From contig NC_059430.1 in NCBI RefSeq assembly GCF_021028975.2, forward strand, positions 44,206,001 through 44,270,000: DNA of 64,000 bases. Reading direction: 5' to 3'. The notes below the pieces were generated by a model. That model had not been told where the DNA came from. It ran no database searches and was given only the letters and a program-made list of their open reading frames with translations. This stretch comes from Sphaerodactylus townsendi (lineage: Eukaryota). Positions 37,401 through 49,400 of the stretch are shown here, one piece after another (position 1 is the first letter of the stretch; every line of letters starts with the position of its first letter). Position numbers and translations under genes: made by a program.

Positions 37401-40400
37401 AGTAGTTTTCCCCACTCTGGCTGTGGCTGTTTGTTCCCTCTTCCCCTGGCCATTCCCAGCTAGCTTATTTCTGAGGAGGCTAACCTTTGTATGATTTTTA
37501 GCTATCTCCACATACCCACCTTGCTCTTCCCTCTGCCCCGCAGCTGGGCAGCTGACTCCCTGAGGATTTTACTCTCACTTCCTGCATTCTACCCCAGGAT
37601 CGGGGCATTCCAGAGTGTGACAATGACCCAGACCAAATCAGCCTAACATCTTGAACCTGATCTGAGAATAAATTGTGATAACCCCATACTTATTATCTTG
37701 ACCTCCTTTGAGAAAGGAGTCACAGAAATCTAAATAAATAGATTTTTCTCTAATAGTTAACATTCTTCATTTATGACACAGTTAAACAGCAACAATTATG
37801 CAATAAGAGTTCTTTCATGTAAAGACTCCGTTTTTTTCTTCCCAGATTCTGTTCCGGATAAACCAGCTAAATACACAGTCCAGTATCTCAGTCATTATTT
37901 TCCTGAACATGGGTTAAGTAAGTAACTCACTATAAATCACACATTTGTGAATCATGTATTCAAATTATACTATACAGTCACATGTAGTATAGTTCCAAGT
38001 TATGATTTGCATTTTTTTAAAAAAGGTTTGTGACCCGAATCAATTGGTAGTAAGCCCCACTGACTTCTAGTGGGATTTATTATTAGATAAATGTGCACAG
38101 TTGCACTCTTAAAGACAAAAGCTTTGGTTTTCCAGGGTTGGAGCAGTCTTGAAAGACAGAAAATCATCTCCTCTTGGTTGTAGGCAGGGTTATCACTCAG
38201 AGCAGCAATAGGGGCTGTTTATTTCCCACAACCACTGTGAGACTAATTTTGGTGTCCCTTTCTCCCTGGGCCTTGGTCAGAGCCTTGGCTACAGTAGCCT
38301 GGCCTTTAAATCGTTCAGCCATTTAAGCTGTGCTTGACTCATAATAAACAATGTTACTGCCAGACTAATGGTCACGCCCCTTTCTCCCAGCTCCAGAGCC
38401 AAGATGCTGGCAGGATAAGCTAAAGCAGCCTGGCTCTTGTGCAGTTCAGTCAGCCTGGCTGTTCTTAATGTCCATCTTCTGCAAAAGCCATCCCAGATAC
38501 TATTCCTACAGTTTTTCCACATCCACAGGTGGTAGAAGGCTTGGTTACCACCTTCAGCAACAGTCTGGACTCCACCCTGCTCAACCACCATTATGGCAGC
38601 CAGCAGTGGTATGTGTCCAACTACCATCTTCCTAGAACAGCAGAAAGAACTCATCGAGGGCTTACTATTTTCTGCAGAGAAAATATATAACTCTAGGGTC
38701 TGAGGAGAAGCAGGCTGTACTGTAGAGCCAAATTTCTCCAGTGAAAGGGCTAAACCCAACCTAATTGCATAGGTGAATGGGATTATAACAAGAGGTGTGT
38801 TTTTCTCTATCCTCTGAAATAACCTGAATTGGTAGTCTTTTTGCAAAGTGTCTTTGAACTGTGGATGTTTGGTCTGCATGGATGGGAGGATGTGCATTTT
38901 CAGGTCCTGATGACACTGATTCAATATTTTTAAACTTCCATTCTCCCCTCTCCAGACAGACACATTGCTTGATTACAGAATGATTACAGAATTGATTACA
39001 GAATTGCTTGATTACAGAATGTTACAGCATTATAATGTTAAAGCAATCTATTGCAAAAATGTAATATGGTGATTTATGAAGACTGGTTTACAATCATATT
39101 TCAGCTTTCCTCGATTTTACAGTGCATGTATGATTTCACTCTCTACTTGGTTTCTATAGTACCTCCTTCTGCGCTTGCACAGGTAATGAATAGCAAACTT
39201 TAGTAAAGATTCGAACTCTCCCAAGCACTCCTCCCCCTCCTAACCAGAGCCTCAGGGCAGGCCTTCCCATTCAAAAGGTCATGTGACTAGGAGGGAGAAG
39301 GAGCACTCCCTTCTGCTCTCCTACCTCCACTGCGGGATCTGTCCAAAATCAAGCAATCCACAACCAGTAGACCATCAGGAACAGACCACAGTGGGGAAGG
39401 AAGGAGGGATGTGTGCATGCACTGAAGACCACTCAATGAACAACAGTTACAAGTAAGTGCAGTGTTGTTTTACATTTTCGTGGCTTTCTGTGGAGTCCCA
39501 CATTGGGAGAGTAGCAAGCTCATTCCAAACCAGGCGGTGAGTGTGAGTCTGTTACTAAAGCACTAACCACCACAACAAAGCAGAATGAATGTTCTGCCCC
39601 CTAGTGAATCTGTTAGAGGTGCCCTGTACTTGGCTAGGACAGAATGAGGGAGACACAAGCCAGGTTCAACAGTTCTAACAATGGGTTTATTACTGGAGAG
39701 AAAAAAGACCCTAACTCCTCCCTTGGGTCTATCTAAGTCAGAGTACTTGCTTGTCTTGAGCAGGTCTGAAGCTGTAGAGTGTGTCTTCTCTTGGTTGCTT
39801 TAGGAAAGTCCACTGTGTCTTGCTTCCTTTCAGCTCTTTCAGTCTTTTTCCATTTCTAACTGCTGCTAAACTTGACTTGTACTCTTTAGACCACCATATA
39901 AACATATGGACGTCACAAATATTCCGGTTTCCAACTACCCTTAACACCTCTCTCAGACTGACTGACTAGAACTGAAACAGGGGATTGCTGGGTAAAGAAA
40001 GCAAACTGCCTATTGGGAAATGTCTTAAAGGGGCAAGGGCTAACTAAAATACCCTCCCATAGAAGACTTTACAATGAACTAAAACCATGCTAACTATGGG
40101 GAAACTAAAGCTTAATAGGGAAATAACAAAAGCCACTGTGGGGGCATAACAGTGAACATGCTTCATTAACCCAGTCGTTTGGACAAAGAATGCAGAACTG
40201 CCTTTCCCACATCAACATTATGACAAGAGTCAGTGTCCACTGCATAGTGATGAATGAAAGTAGAAGCAGAGGACCATGTTGCTGCTTTGCAAATGTCCAG
40301 AATTCTGACAGCAGAACAGAAAGCAGCCAAAGCAGACTGGGAGCAAGTGGAATGAGTGTGAACTGGAAGGGGGCAGTCCACCTTCGCAACAGAATAAGCA

Positions 40401-43400
40401 TGAACAAGGGCTTAAGAAGCCCATCTAGACAATGTTTGGGTAGACACTTGACAACTTTTGCGACAACCACTAAAACAAACAATAGATTACTGTATTTGCA
40501 GAAAGGTGCCATGCGATTGAAATAAAACAGCAAGCACCTACGAACATCCAACATATGTAACGCCCTTTCAGCGTCAGAGGAAGGGTGAGGGGGAAAAGCG
40601 GGAGGACTATGTCTTGCCCCAAATGGAAAGGAGACACCTTACCTTAGGAGGTACTCCAAACTAGGTCTGAGGACCCCTTTATTCCCATGGATTTTAAAGA
40701 ACAGCGGATCACTTCGAAGAGCCCATAGGGCACCAACCCTCCTAACAGAGGTAATGGCTATGTGAAAAGCTGTTTTGTAAGACAAGTTAAGTTGCAGGTG
40801 ACCAATGGCTCAAACAACTTCCCCATGAGATGGGACAGAACCAGGGAGGTTCCACTGTGGCACGGGGGTCTGCACTGGTGGATAGAGGTTAGATAAACCT
40901 TTCAAAAATTGTTTACAAAAAAGTCTGGGAAAAAATGAATGACCATCAAAACCCAAATGGAACAAAGAAATGGCAACTAGGTGAACTTTAGTGGAGGAAC
41001 TGGAAAATCCTGAGTCCTTTAAGGATAACAGATAATCAAATACAACAGGGAGCTGATAGGAGGTAGGGTCGATAGCTAGATCTTGAGCCCAAAGGGCAAA
41101 CCTGAACCACTTGGCCTCTTAAGAGTGCCTAGTGAGCGGCTTACGCAAGGACAGAAGGACATGCCGAACCCTGTCAGTCCACAACTCTACTGAAGGATCA
41201 ACCAGGCTGCTAAATGCAAGGAAAGAATATCATGGTGCAGAATCAGATCCCTGGTGAAGAGGTCATCCTCTGGGGAGGGGGGGACTTGTCACTGCTTTCC
41301 ACAGTGGTGGTAGAACTGTACAGAATGCTCCTCCTCCCTCCTAGTCACATGACCTTTTGGGCAGGAAGGCCTGCCCCGAGACTCTGGTTGGGAGCGGGAG
41401 GAGCACTCTGGACAGTTCTAATCTTCACTAAAGCTTGCTATTCGTTGCACACAGTCCCCAGTGTGGGACTGCTCAGAAGGCCACAAAGACATAACAACAA
41501 AGGAACTTCATCTTTGTTATGGACCTAACTCCCACTGCTTATTTACACTCATCAATGTATTTAAATGTGTTCAACTTTGAAATTGTCAAGCATTCACTAG
41601 CACACAGGAGGAGCTGGTGGGAATGAGCAGCAGAGCAAAGGACACAAACTTTCACAAACTACTTAAATGAAAAATAGGTTCATGAATTGTGTTTTGTCTA
41701 GGTCTTTGTCAAGGCTTTACCAAATTTACTGCATGGTATACCCAATTCTGGTCATTGTTTCACACAGATGTTGGGTGGAATGGCCTAGCCCAACCTTTGA
41801 AGCACATCATCTCCCAGAGACTTTTCCTGCCTCCTGCCATCCTTGATCAGATGTGCACTGGGCAAAGAAGACATGGAGCTCTAGCTGGCTGTCGGCTTCC
41901 TAGAGTAGAAAATCTAGGGAGAGAGGCAAGGAATCAGCGAAGAAGTAAATAACTGATTATTGGGGATGGGATAGAACATGTTTGCATACATACTATACAG
42001 ATCCACATTTTTCAAATGAATATTACCTCCCATTAAAAATACAGATAAGTACATTTACAATTGGGTCATTTTAGTCATCTGGAGAAGGATTTCCTGTCTC
42101 CAAAAGTCAGTATCCCATTCTGATTTGGAAAACTTCATGTTGTTGAACCTAGTATAGACTAACAAGGGGAAACACTCAAGGACTTGAAGGAGGCATCTGA
42201 TTTCCCACCCACCCCCCACACACACACATAAAACAGACAAAAAAAATTATTTCCTGAAAACCCCTCTAGCCTTTCATCTTTTCCTGCTTCCTTTTCTCGT
42301 TCTAGGGTTGCCAAGCTTCAGGTGGGGCCTAGAAATCTGCTGGATTGCAACATCTCCCACCTACAGAGATCAATTCCCCCTTAAGGTTGCCAGCTCCAGG
42401 TTGGGAAACTGGAGATTTGTGGGTAGAGCCTTGGGAGGGTGAGGTTTGGGAAAGGAAGTGACCTCAACAGGTTACGATGCCACAGAGCAGTGGTGGCAAA
42501 CCTATGGCACGTGTGCCAGAGGTGGCACTCAGAGCCCTCCCTGTGGGCACGCACAAGTAGAATGCCCCCCCCCACCCATCTAGACTGGCCTGGGCCATTG
42601 GGCTCGATTATTAGCATTAAACCTAAGACTTAGTTTTGGGGAAGCAGTGTAGGGAACCCTGTTAAGCACTGTTAAACCCCACTGATTTTCATGCGAAGAA
42701 CTAAAGCGCAATCCTTTACCTGGGAATAAGCTCAGTTCCTGGCAATGGGACTTGCTTCTGAGTAAACCCTCCTAGGGTCGTGATTCACCCGTTGGAAGAG
42801 TTGCATGGTTGCTTCAAAGCCGCTACCAAGCTTACTCCTGAGTAACGCGCACCTTGGAGCCAGCCATTTTTTCTAAACTAAAACCTCAGTATTCAGGTTA
42901 AATTGCCGTGTTGGCACTTTGCAATAAACAAGTGGGTTTTGGGTTTGCAATTTGGCACTCGGTCTCAAAAAGGTTCGCCATCACTGCCATAGAGTCCACC
43001 CTGCAAAGCTATTACTTCATCTCAGGAAACTGATGAGCAGTTGTCATTCCAGATGATTTTCAACTCCCACCTGGAGGTTGGCAATCTAAGTTCCCCTGGA
43101 AAACTTTGGAAAACTGTAACCCAGTTGTGTGGTGCTGGTTGGGAACCATCAAGGAGTTGTAGGGGGTGCCTAACTTTTCCCATGGATCCCCCTCCCTTCG
43201 CTATTTTCTCCTTCCCTCTTCCTAGCATATCACTCTTCCTTCTAAAATTTCAGGAAGGCATATATGTGATTCACTGTAGAAAACACCTAAGAGTTAAATG
43301 GGTTTCCTTCAGGATTTAATTTGTGCTACAGTTCACAAGGACCAATGCAGAAACCTATGTTAATGCCAGCTCTCAGCCCCAAAATACTGTTTATCTTTTA

Positions 43401-46400
43401 TTTATATAAGACTCTTCTGTCCCACCGTGCTTGTGAAAAAAATTAGTACTGCTTATGGACAGCCTATTCCGGAGGGTGGGAAGTGGTTCCTGGAAGCGGA
43501 GTGAGGCCATGCTGGTGTGTTTGCCCAGCCAACCAGTGTCAGTGGTGCTCACGCCAGTGGGGGAGGGAAAACATGGAGGCAGCATTCAACCTTGAAGAAC
43601 TTGCCACTCGTGGAGCTGTGCTGGCCTAAAGGTGAATGCTGGTGCAGCTGAGAGCAGGCTGGGGGGAAGGTGTTCCCAAGAGTAGAGCCAACCATAGTTG
43701 GCTTCCACTGGACTTTCAGCCTGAGAATACCTCTCTGCTCCCCGCGTAGGCCAATGACTTGCACTATGATAACACATTGCATAAGTCATTATTTCCTATG
43801 GAGTATTCCAGGCGGCGGGGATGGGGGATTGCCCCGCTGCTTGCTACATTACCTGGATCATCCCCCCTATCTGGATTGTACTGTAAGTAAGAAAAAGTAG
43901 AAGAGTTGGTTTTTATACCCTACTTCTCTCTACCATTAAGGAGTCCCAAAGTGGCTTACAGTTACCTTCCCTTCCTCTCCCTTTGGCAGACACATGTGAG
44001 GGTGGGGCTGAGACAGTCCAGAGAGAACTGTGACTAGCCTAGGCAATCGATATACATCTGGGATTTAAGACAAGGGCTTTATGTTTGAACAGAGCACCTC
44101 AGTTTTCAGAAGATAAAGCTCCAGAACAATGCTCTTCAAGCACATAACAGGGAGCCAAGTGATGGCATGGTGAGGTGACACAAAGAGGGGAGCCAGAGTT
44201 GTGTCTTACAAGTGTCAAGGCTAGGATCATAGGTAGCAGACCAAGAGACCCAGGCACAGGAAATATAAGCTAGCACACTAAAGCTCAGGCACCACTACCA
44301 AGAAGGCTCTGACCTTCTGACCACCCAACTTTCTTCTGAAGCTGAGTGTTCTCTCATTTAAGAAAGAATGTTAACAAGGCCACACAGTGGTGTATCTATG
44401 TTGGACAGGGTGTGTCATTTGATGCCTAGGTCACATGGGGGCGTATTTTGCCCCCCACCTCTAGCCCCCTGTCCAGCCTCTGGTCAAACTCCCTGCCCCT
44501 CTTCTGAACTCTCCCCACCGCCACATTGCCATCCGCACAACAACAAACCCCCCCCCCCCCCAAAAAAAAACCTTTTCCTCCTCCAGCCGGCGCTGCTTGG
44601 ACGAAGCAGAGGGAGAGGTTTTTGGTTTTTTGTGGTTGTGGTGGCGGTGGCTTGGTGACAGAGGGAGTTTGGCAGGGGGTGGGGTGTTCGGCCAGGGGCT
44701 AGGTGGGGACAGTTCTGCAGGGGCTGGATTTGGTGGTATGCCACTGCACCCATATACCCTGATAATGCTCCATAATATCATGGACAAATAAGAAGCAGTG
44801 AAGAGGAGCAGGGCTTGTTTCTCCCTGCAGAGTTACATGCCCACACCCCATATATGAAAACAAATGGGCATCTTTAATTATATGAAATACTTCAAATAAT
44901 CATAGCAGAGTTTGCATATGAATAGAGGAGATATGACAATGCCAAAATTGGTTGCTTTATATTCATAACAATATTCTAAAATGAAAGGTCTGGTTTATAA
45001 TATTTCTAGTAGCTGAATAGTAAAAAGGCCTAGAGGGAAAATTCCAGAAATTTTAAGCTTAGGGACAAGAATGAAGCTATTTTCTTCTAAATAGCAGTTA
45101 CATTCAGTATATTTACATTCAGTACATCCAGTTACATTCCGCATATTTTTCTCTCTCTTCTACTTACAGCCCCTCTCATTCATGTGGAGAATCATCCTGG
45201 GTAGGAAAGTCTTTATTTATTATCAAACATTTCCCTTCAAGTTTAAAGGCTTTGATTTCTTAGTCACCTTTTTTGGCTCTGTATTTGGAATGTGTGGCTA
45301 GAAACAGTGTAAGACTTGTCTATAATAGTGCAGTTATGATTCTAAATTCCCAGTAATTGAAAATTATTGTGATTAATATGAGTGTTAATTGAATTCTTTA
45401 TTTTATCAATCACATTGGGTTGCAGTCTTTCAAACAGCTCCAAATGTGCTAAATTTAAATATACTTTAAAGTCTTTACATATAAACATTTTAGGGTCTGT
45501 TATTCTCGTGTTTTCCATAAAAATGCTGGATGCTGGATGTTTCTTTTTTAAAAAATGATCCGTGTCCTGCAATAATAATTACAATTTTAATATGGTAACA
45601 TTTTGTAGACGCCTACTTACAGGAAAAGATGAAAGATTTACACAATCTGAAGAAAAACCAGACTATATCTAGCTACAAGAAAGACATAAGCCCTTTTCAG
45701 TTGGCATGTTCCTAGCACTGTGACCACACATACAGGTCAAATGTGCTACACATGATCTTATATGCACAATTGCCATTTCTTCTGAAAGTCATATGTACCA
45801 GACATTCAGATACCTGTGTACTGAGGCAGAAATTCCATGCATTACACCTTTTAAAAGAAATGGTGATTGTACATGTTGAGAGGATCACAACCAGAGCATT
45901 CATCCCATACCAGTTCCAGATAGCATCTGAACAACTAAAATTAGTTATATATGTGCCAGATACTCAGAAATGTTGTGTCTGCTTCTTGCAAATGGATACC
46001 TAATAAACTGTGTCAGCAGATCCAAATACGTAGCGTTCGAACCCTGAAAATTAGTGATGCCAAATACTTGATGGTTGTAATACAGTGGAACCTCGGTTTT
46101 CATTGGTAATCTGTCCGAAAAGAATCAATGAAAACCAAAACTGATGAAAACCAAGGCAAACTTCTCCATAGGAAATGTAAATCCAATTAATCCGTTCTAG
46201 GCACTCCAAAAAACATACCAAAAACACATTTTTGGGTGAATAAATATAGTGTTTAATGCTGAAAACAATAACAAACAATAACACTAGGACCAGCTTCAGA
46301 GCCAGTGGAGCAATGTCGCACCAGAAAGCTGTCCAAAGAGGCCTGTTTCCGATGCCTCATTGTCATTAAACAAGTTGCAGACACGGCCTGCAACAGCTTT

Positions 46401-49400
46401 GTCTGGGTGATTTTTCTCCACAAACCCCTGCATCTTACTGCAAATCAATGAAAACCGAGGCAAATCGATGAAAACCAAGACAATTTTTCACTGAAAAAAT
46501 CGATGAAAACCGAAACCGATGAAAACCAAAGGCAATGAAAACCGAGGTTCCACTGTACTTGTGACAGTGTTTCTGACTTTGGAAACTGCAAACTGTGGCA
46601 TTGGGAACAATGTAGATCTATAACCACTATGAGGTCTTATTTGTTTCAATAATTTGTTTCAAGGAGAGAGGCAGATATTCAACTCTACCACTGAAATAAT
46701 GGGAGTTAGAACTGTTTGACATGGAGTTGATTGTTTCCCTTATTATTGGTACATCCCTTTAGACTGCCTAAACTTATGTCATTTGTTTTATAGAAGTAGA
46801 GTTTCATGGGAAGGTGATTTGAACAGATTTTTTTCACTCAAAATGTATTTTATATGTCAGTGAGTGATCCATGCCACTGTCACCTCTAGACTGGATTACT
46901 GTAACTCGCTTTACACAGGGCTTCCCTTGAGTTTGCTCCAAACTCCAGTAGTTCCAGAATGTAGCAGCAAGGGGTTTTATGTGTAATGTGCTCCCCTGTG
47001 GTGGGAGGCAGCTGTGCTCTGCCAGCTGCACTGACTCCAGGGGGAGTACTGGATCAAGTTCAAGGTTTTGATACTGACATCCAAAGCCCTGAACGGTCTG
47101 GGGCCAGCATACTTGTGGGACCATCTCTCCCACTATATTCCTTGACTAAACCTTTGATCCACGAATGGAAATTTGCTTGTGGTCCCTCCCTGGCCCTAAG
47201 GACATTCGGCTAGCCACAATCACGCCCAAGGCTGTTTTTGCCCTGGCCCCAACCTGGTGGAACGCTCTGCCTAATGAGATCAGGGCCCTGCAGGGCCTGA
47301 GGCAGTTCCACAGGGCCTGCAAAGAACCTTGTTCCACCAGGCGTATGATTGAGGCCGCAACGTCTTACCATCCTTGGGCCTCCCCTTCATTTTTTCCCAT
47401 TTTCCCATTTTTCACTTCGCTCTATTTTGGTTTATTTATTTATTTTATTTATCTTAACTTATTTTATCTCATTGTAACTGTTTTGTTAGGTAGCATGTTG
47501 TTAGTTGTTATTGGTTTTGATTAGACTGACACTGTCTATCCTTGCCCAAACTCAATGTTACTGTCAGTTTGGCTTCCATCTAATGAATTTAGTCAAATCT
47601 TGCTGCCAACAATGAATCATATTGGTATTGTGGGGTTTGTAGATTTTTAGAACTGTTTTAGTCATTGATATGGATTTATACTGTGTGATGTTTGTGTTGT
47701 TAATTTGCCCTGAGTCTGTGAGAGGACAGGCGGTATAGAAATTTAATAAATGAAAGTGAAGTGAAATGAAACTTATTTTTTTCTGTTCTTTCATGTTTTT
47801 ACCTGCCAATAAAATTAATAACGAGACTGAATGTCTTCTGTTTCAGCTCTCTGAACCTGACTCAGGCAACAGGAAGACATCTTGGGACAGCTTGTGTCAC
47901 TTTGCAGTTGGGAGAAAAAGAACTCCAAAATATGGCCTTGGGCCAGGACACAAATATTTCTTCTCCTTGTGGCAAACCTACTGCTTGGCGATTAGAGAAA
48001 TATCATGGTGGTGGGGCCATTAAAGAGAAGACAACTTCACTTCCCAAAGGTTTAAAAAATAGATATATAGATATATAGATATTTGGAATGGGTTATGTCA
48101 CTGAAGCTCCATTAATGGGTGTTTGCTCTCCTTATCCTCTGCAAGTACACACTCTTTTCATCTCCTAAACAAAGGGGTGGGCATGTAGCTCAGTGGTACA
48201 GCATCTGCAGAAGATCCCAGGTCGTCAGGGGGATGCATACCTGAGTAAACGAAATGCATTCTTGAAACTGTATTATCACCAGATATAACCAATCAATGGC
48301 CCCTTCCACACACACAAAATAATGCGTTTTCAAACCACTTTCACAACTGTTTGCAAGTGGATTTTGCTATTCCGCACAGCTTCAAAGAGCACTGAAAGCA
48401 GTTTGAAAGTGCATTATTCTGCAGGTGCGGAATGAGCCAGAGCCTCTTAGATAAATGTAACCAGCCTGCTATATGTTACCACTGCCATCTGTTCATTCTT
48501 TCCTTGACCTATGCTTTATGGCTTTGCATACTTTATAGTAAACTAGGCATCCCCTAGTTTACATCCCCTATCCTGTGAGAAAAGAATTATATCTTGTTGT
48601 GGGCAGAGCAGTGGCGTACGGGGTCCAAATGGCACCCAGAGACAAAAAACCCTCCGGGTGCCCCCCCCCACAGAGGCCCGCTTACTTGCGAGTAAGTGCC
48701 GCAACACTTACTCACACAGCGCCTCGTCCCCCTCACTCATTCTTTCCTTTCCCCACAGGCTCTGAGGCTCGGCTTCAGGGAAGCTGCCTGTTGGGCAGCC
48801 TGTCTCTATGACTTTCTTAAAAGGGCAATGCTCCAAAGATTGCTTAAGCAATCTGTTCTCTGGACATGCTCCACCAAGAACATTCCCTGTGTCTCTGGAC
48901 ATGCTCCATCAAGGCCCAATCTGGCATCCTCATCCAAATTGGCTCAACCTGACTGCCTGGAAACTGAATGCAAGTCCTTCATCCCACTAGGCTACAGTCC
49001 AGAAGTCACTGCCAAACTCCAGGCTTCCAGGAAAAGTTCCACCAACAGGATCTATACCACCATGTGGAAGACATTCATTAGGCGGTATAAAAGGAGGGCG
49101 GTTAACAGTTGAAGGTACTAGACTTCCTACAAGAAGGCATAGATAGGGGGTCTCAGGGTTTCTGTGCTAAAATGACAAGTAGTGGCCATCTCAACGGTAG
49201 TGCCTATTTATAAGGGTCACAAGCTTCCCAGACATCCACATCATACATTTTCTCAGAGAAGCCTCATTACAAGATACACCAACACAGAGAGCACAGGTTC
49301 CCAACCTGGAAATTAAACACGGTGGTGCTCCTTGAGCTCACCAAACCTCCATTTAAACCAGTCAGCCACATGCCTATTAAATGGCTAAGGATGAAAACTG

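Noticed and set aside
36617-37494. Cluster of overlapping ORFs on both strands with mirrored peptides
   Set aside because: Artefact of the GC-rich hairpin MITE
38289-38963. 224-aa minus-strand ORF
   Set aside because: Non-ATG start, no recognisable domain, antisense within an AGBL3 intron; probably a chance ORF
48175-48225. tRNA gene (gtagctcagtggtacagc)
   Set aside because: Only an A-box/D-arm-like head with no complete cloverleaf; a SINE remnant
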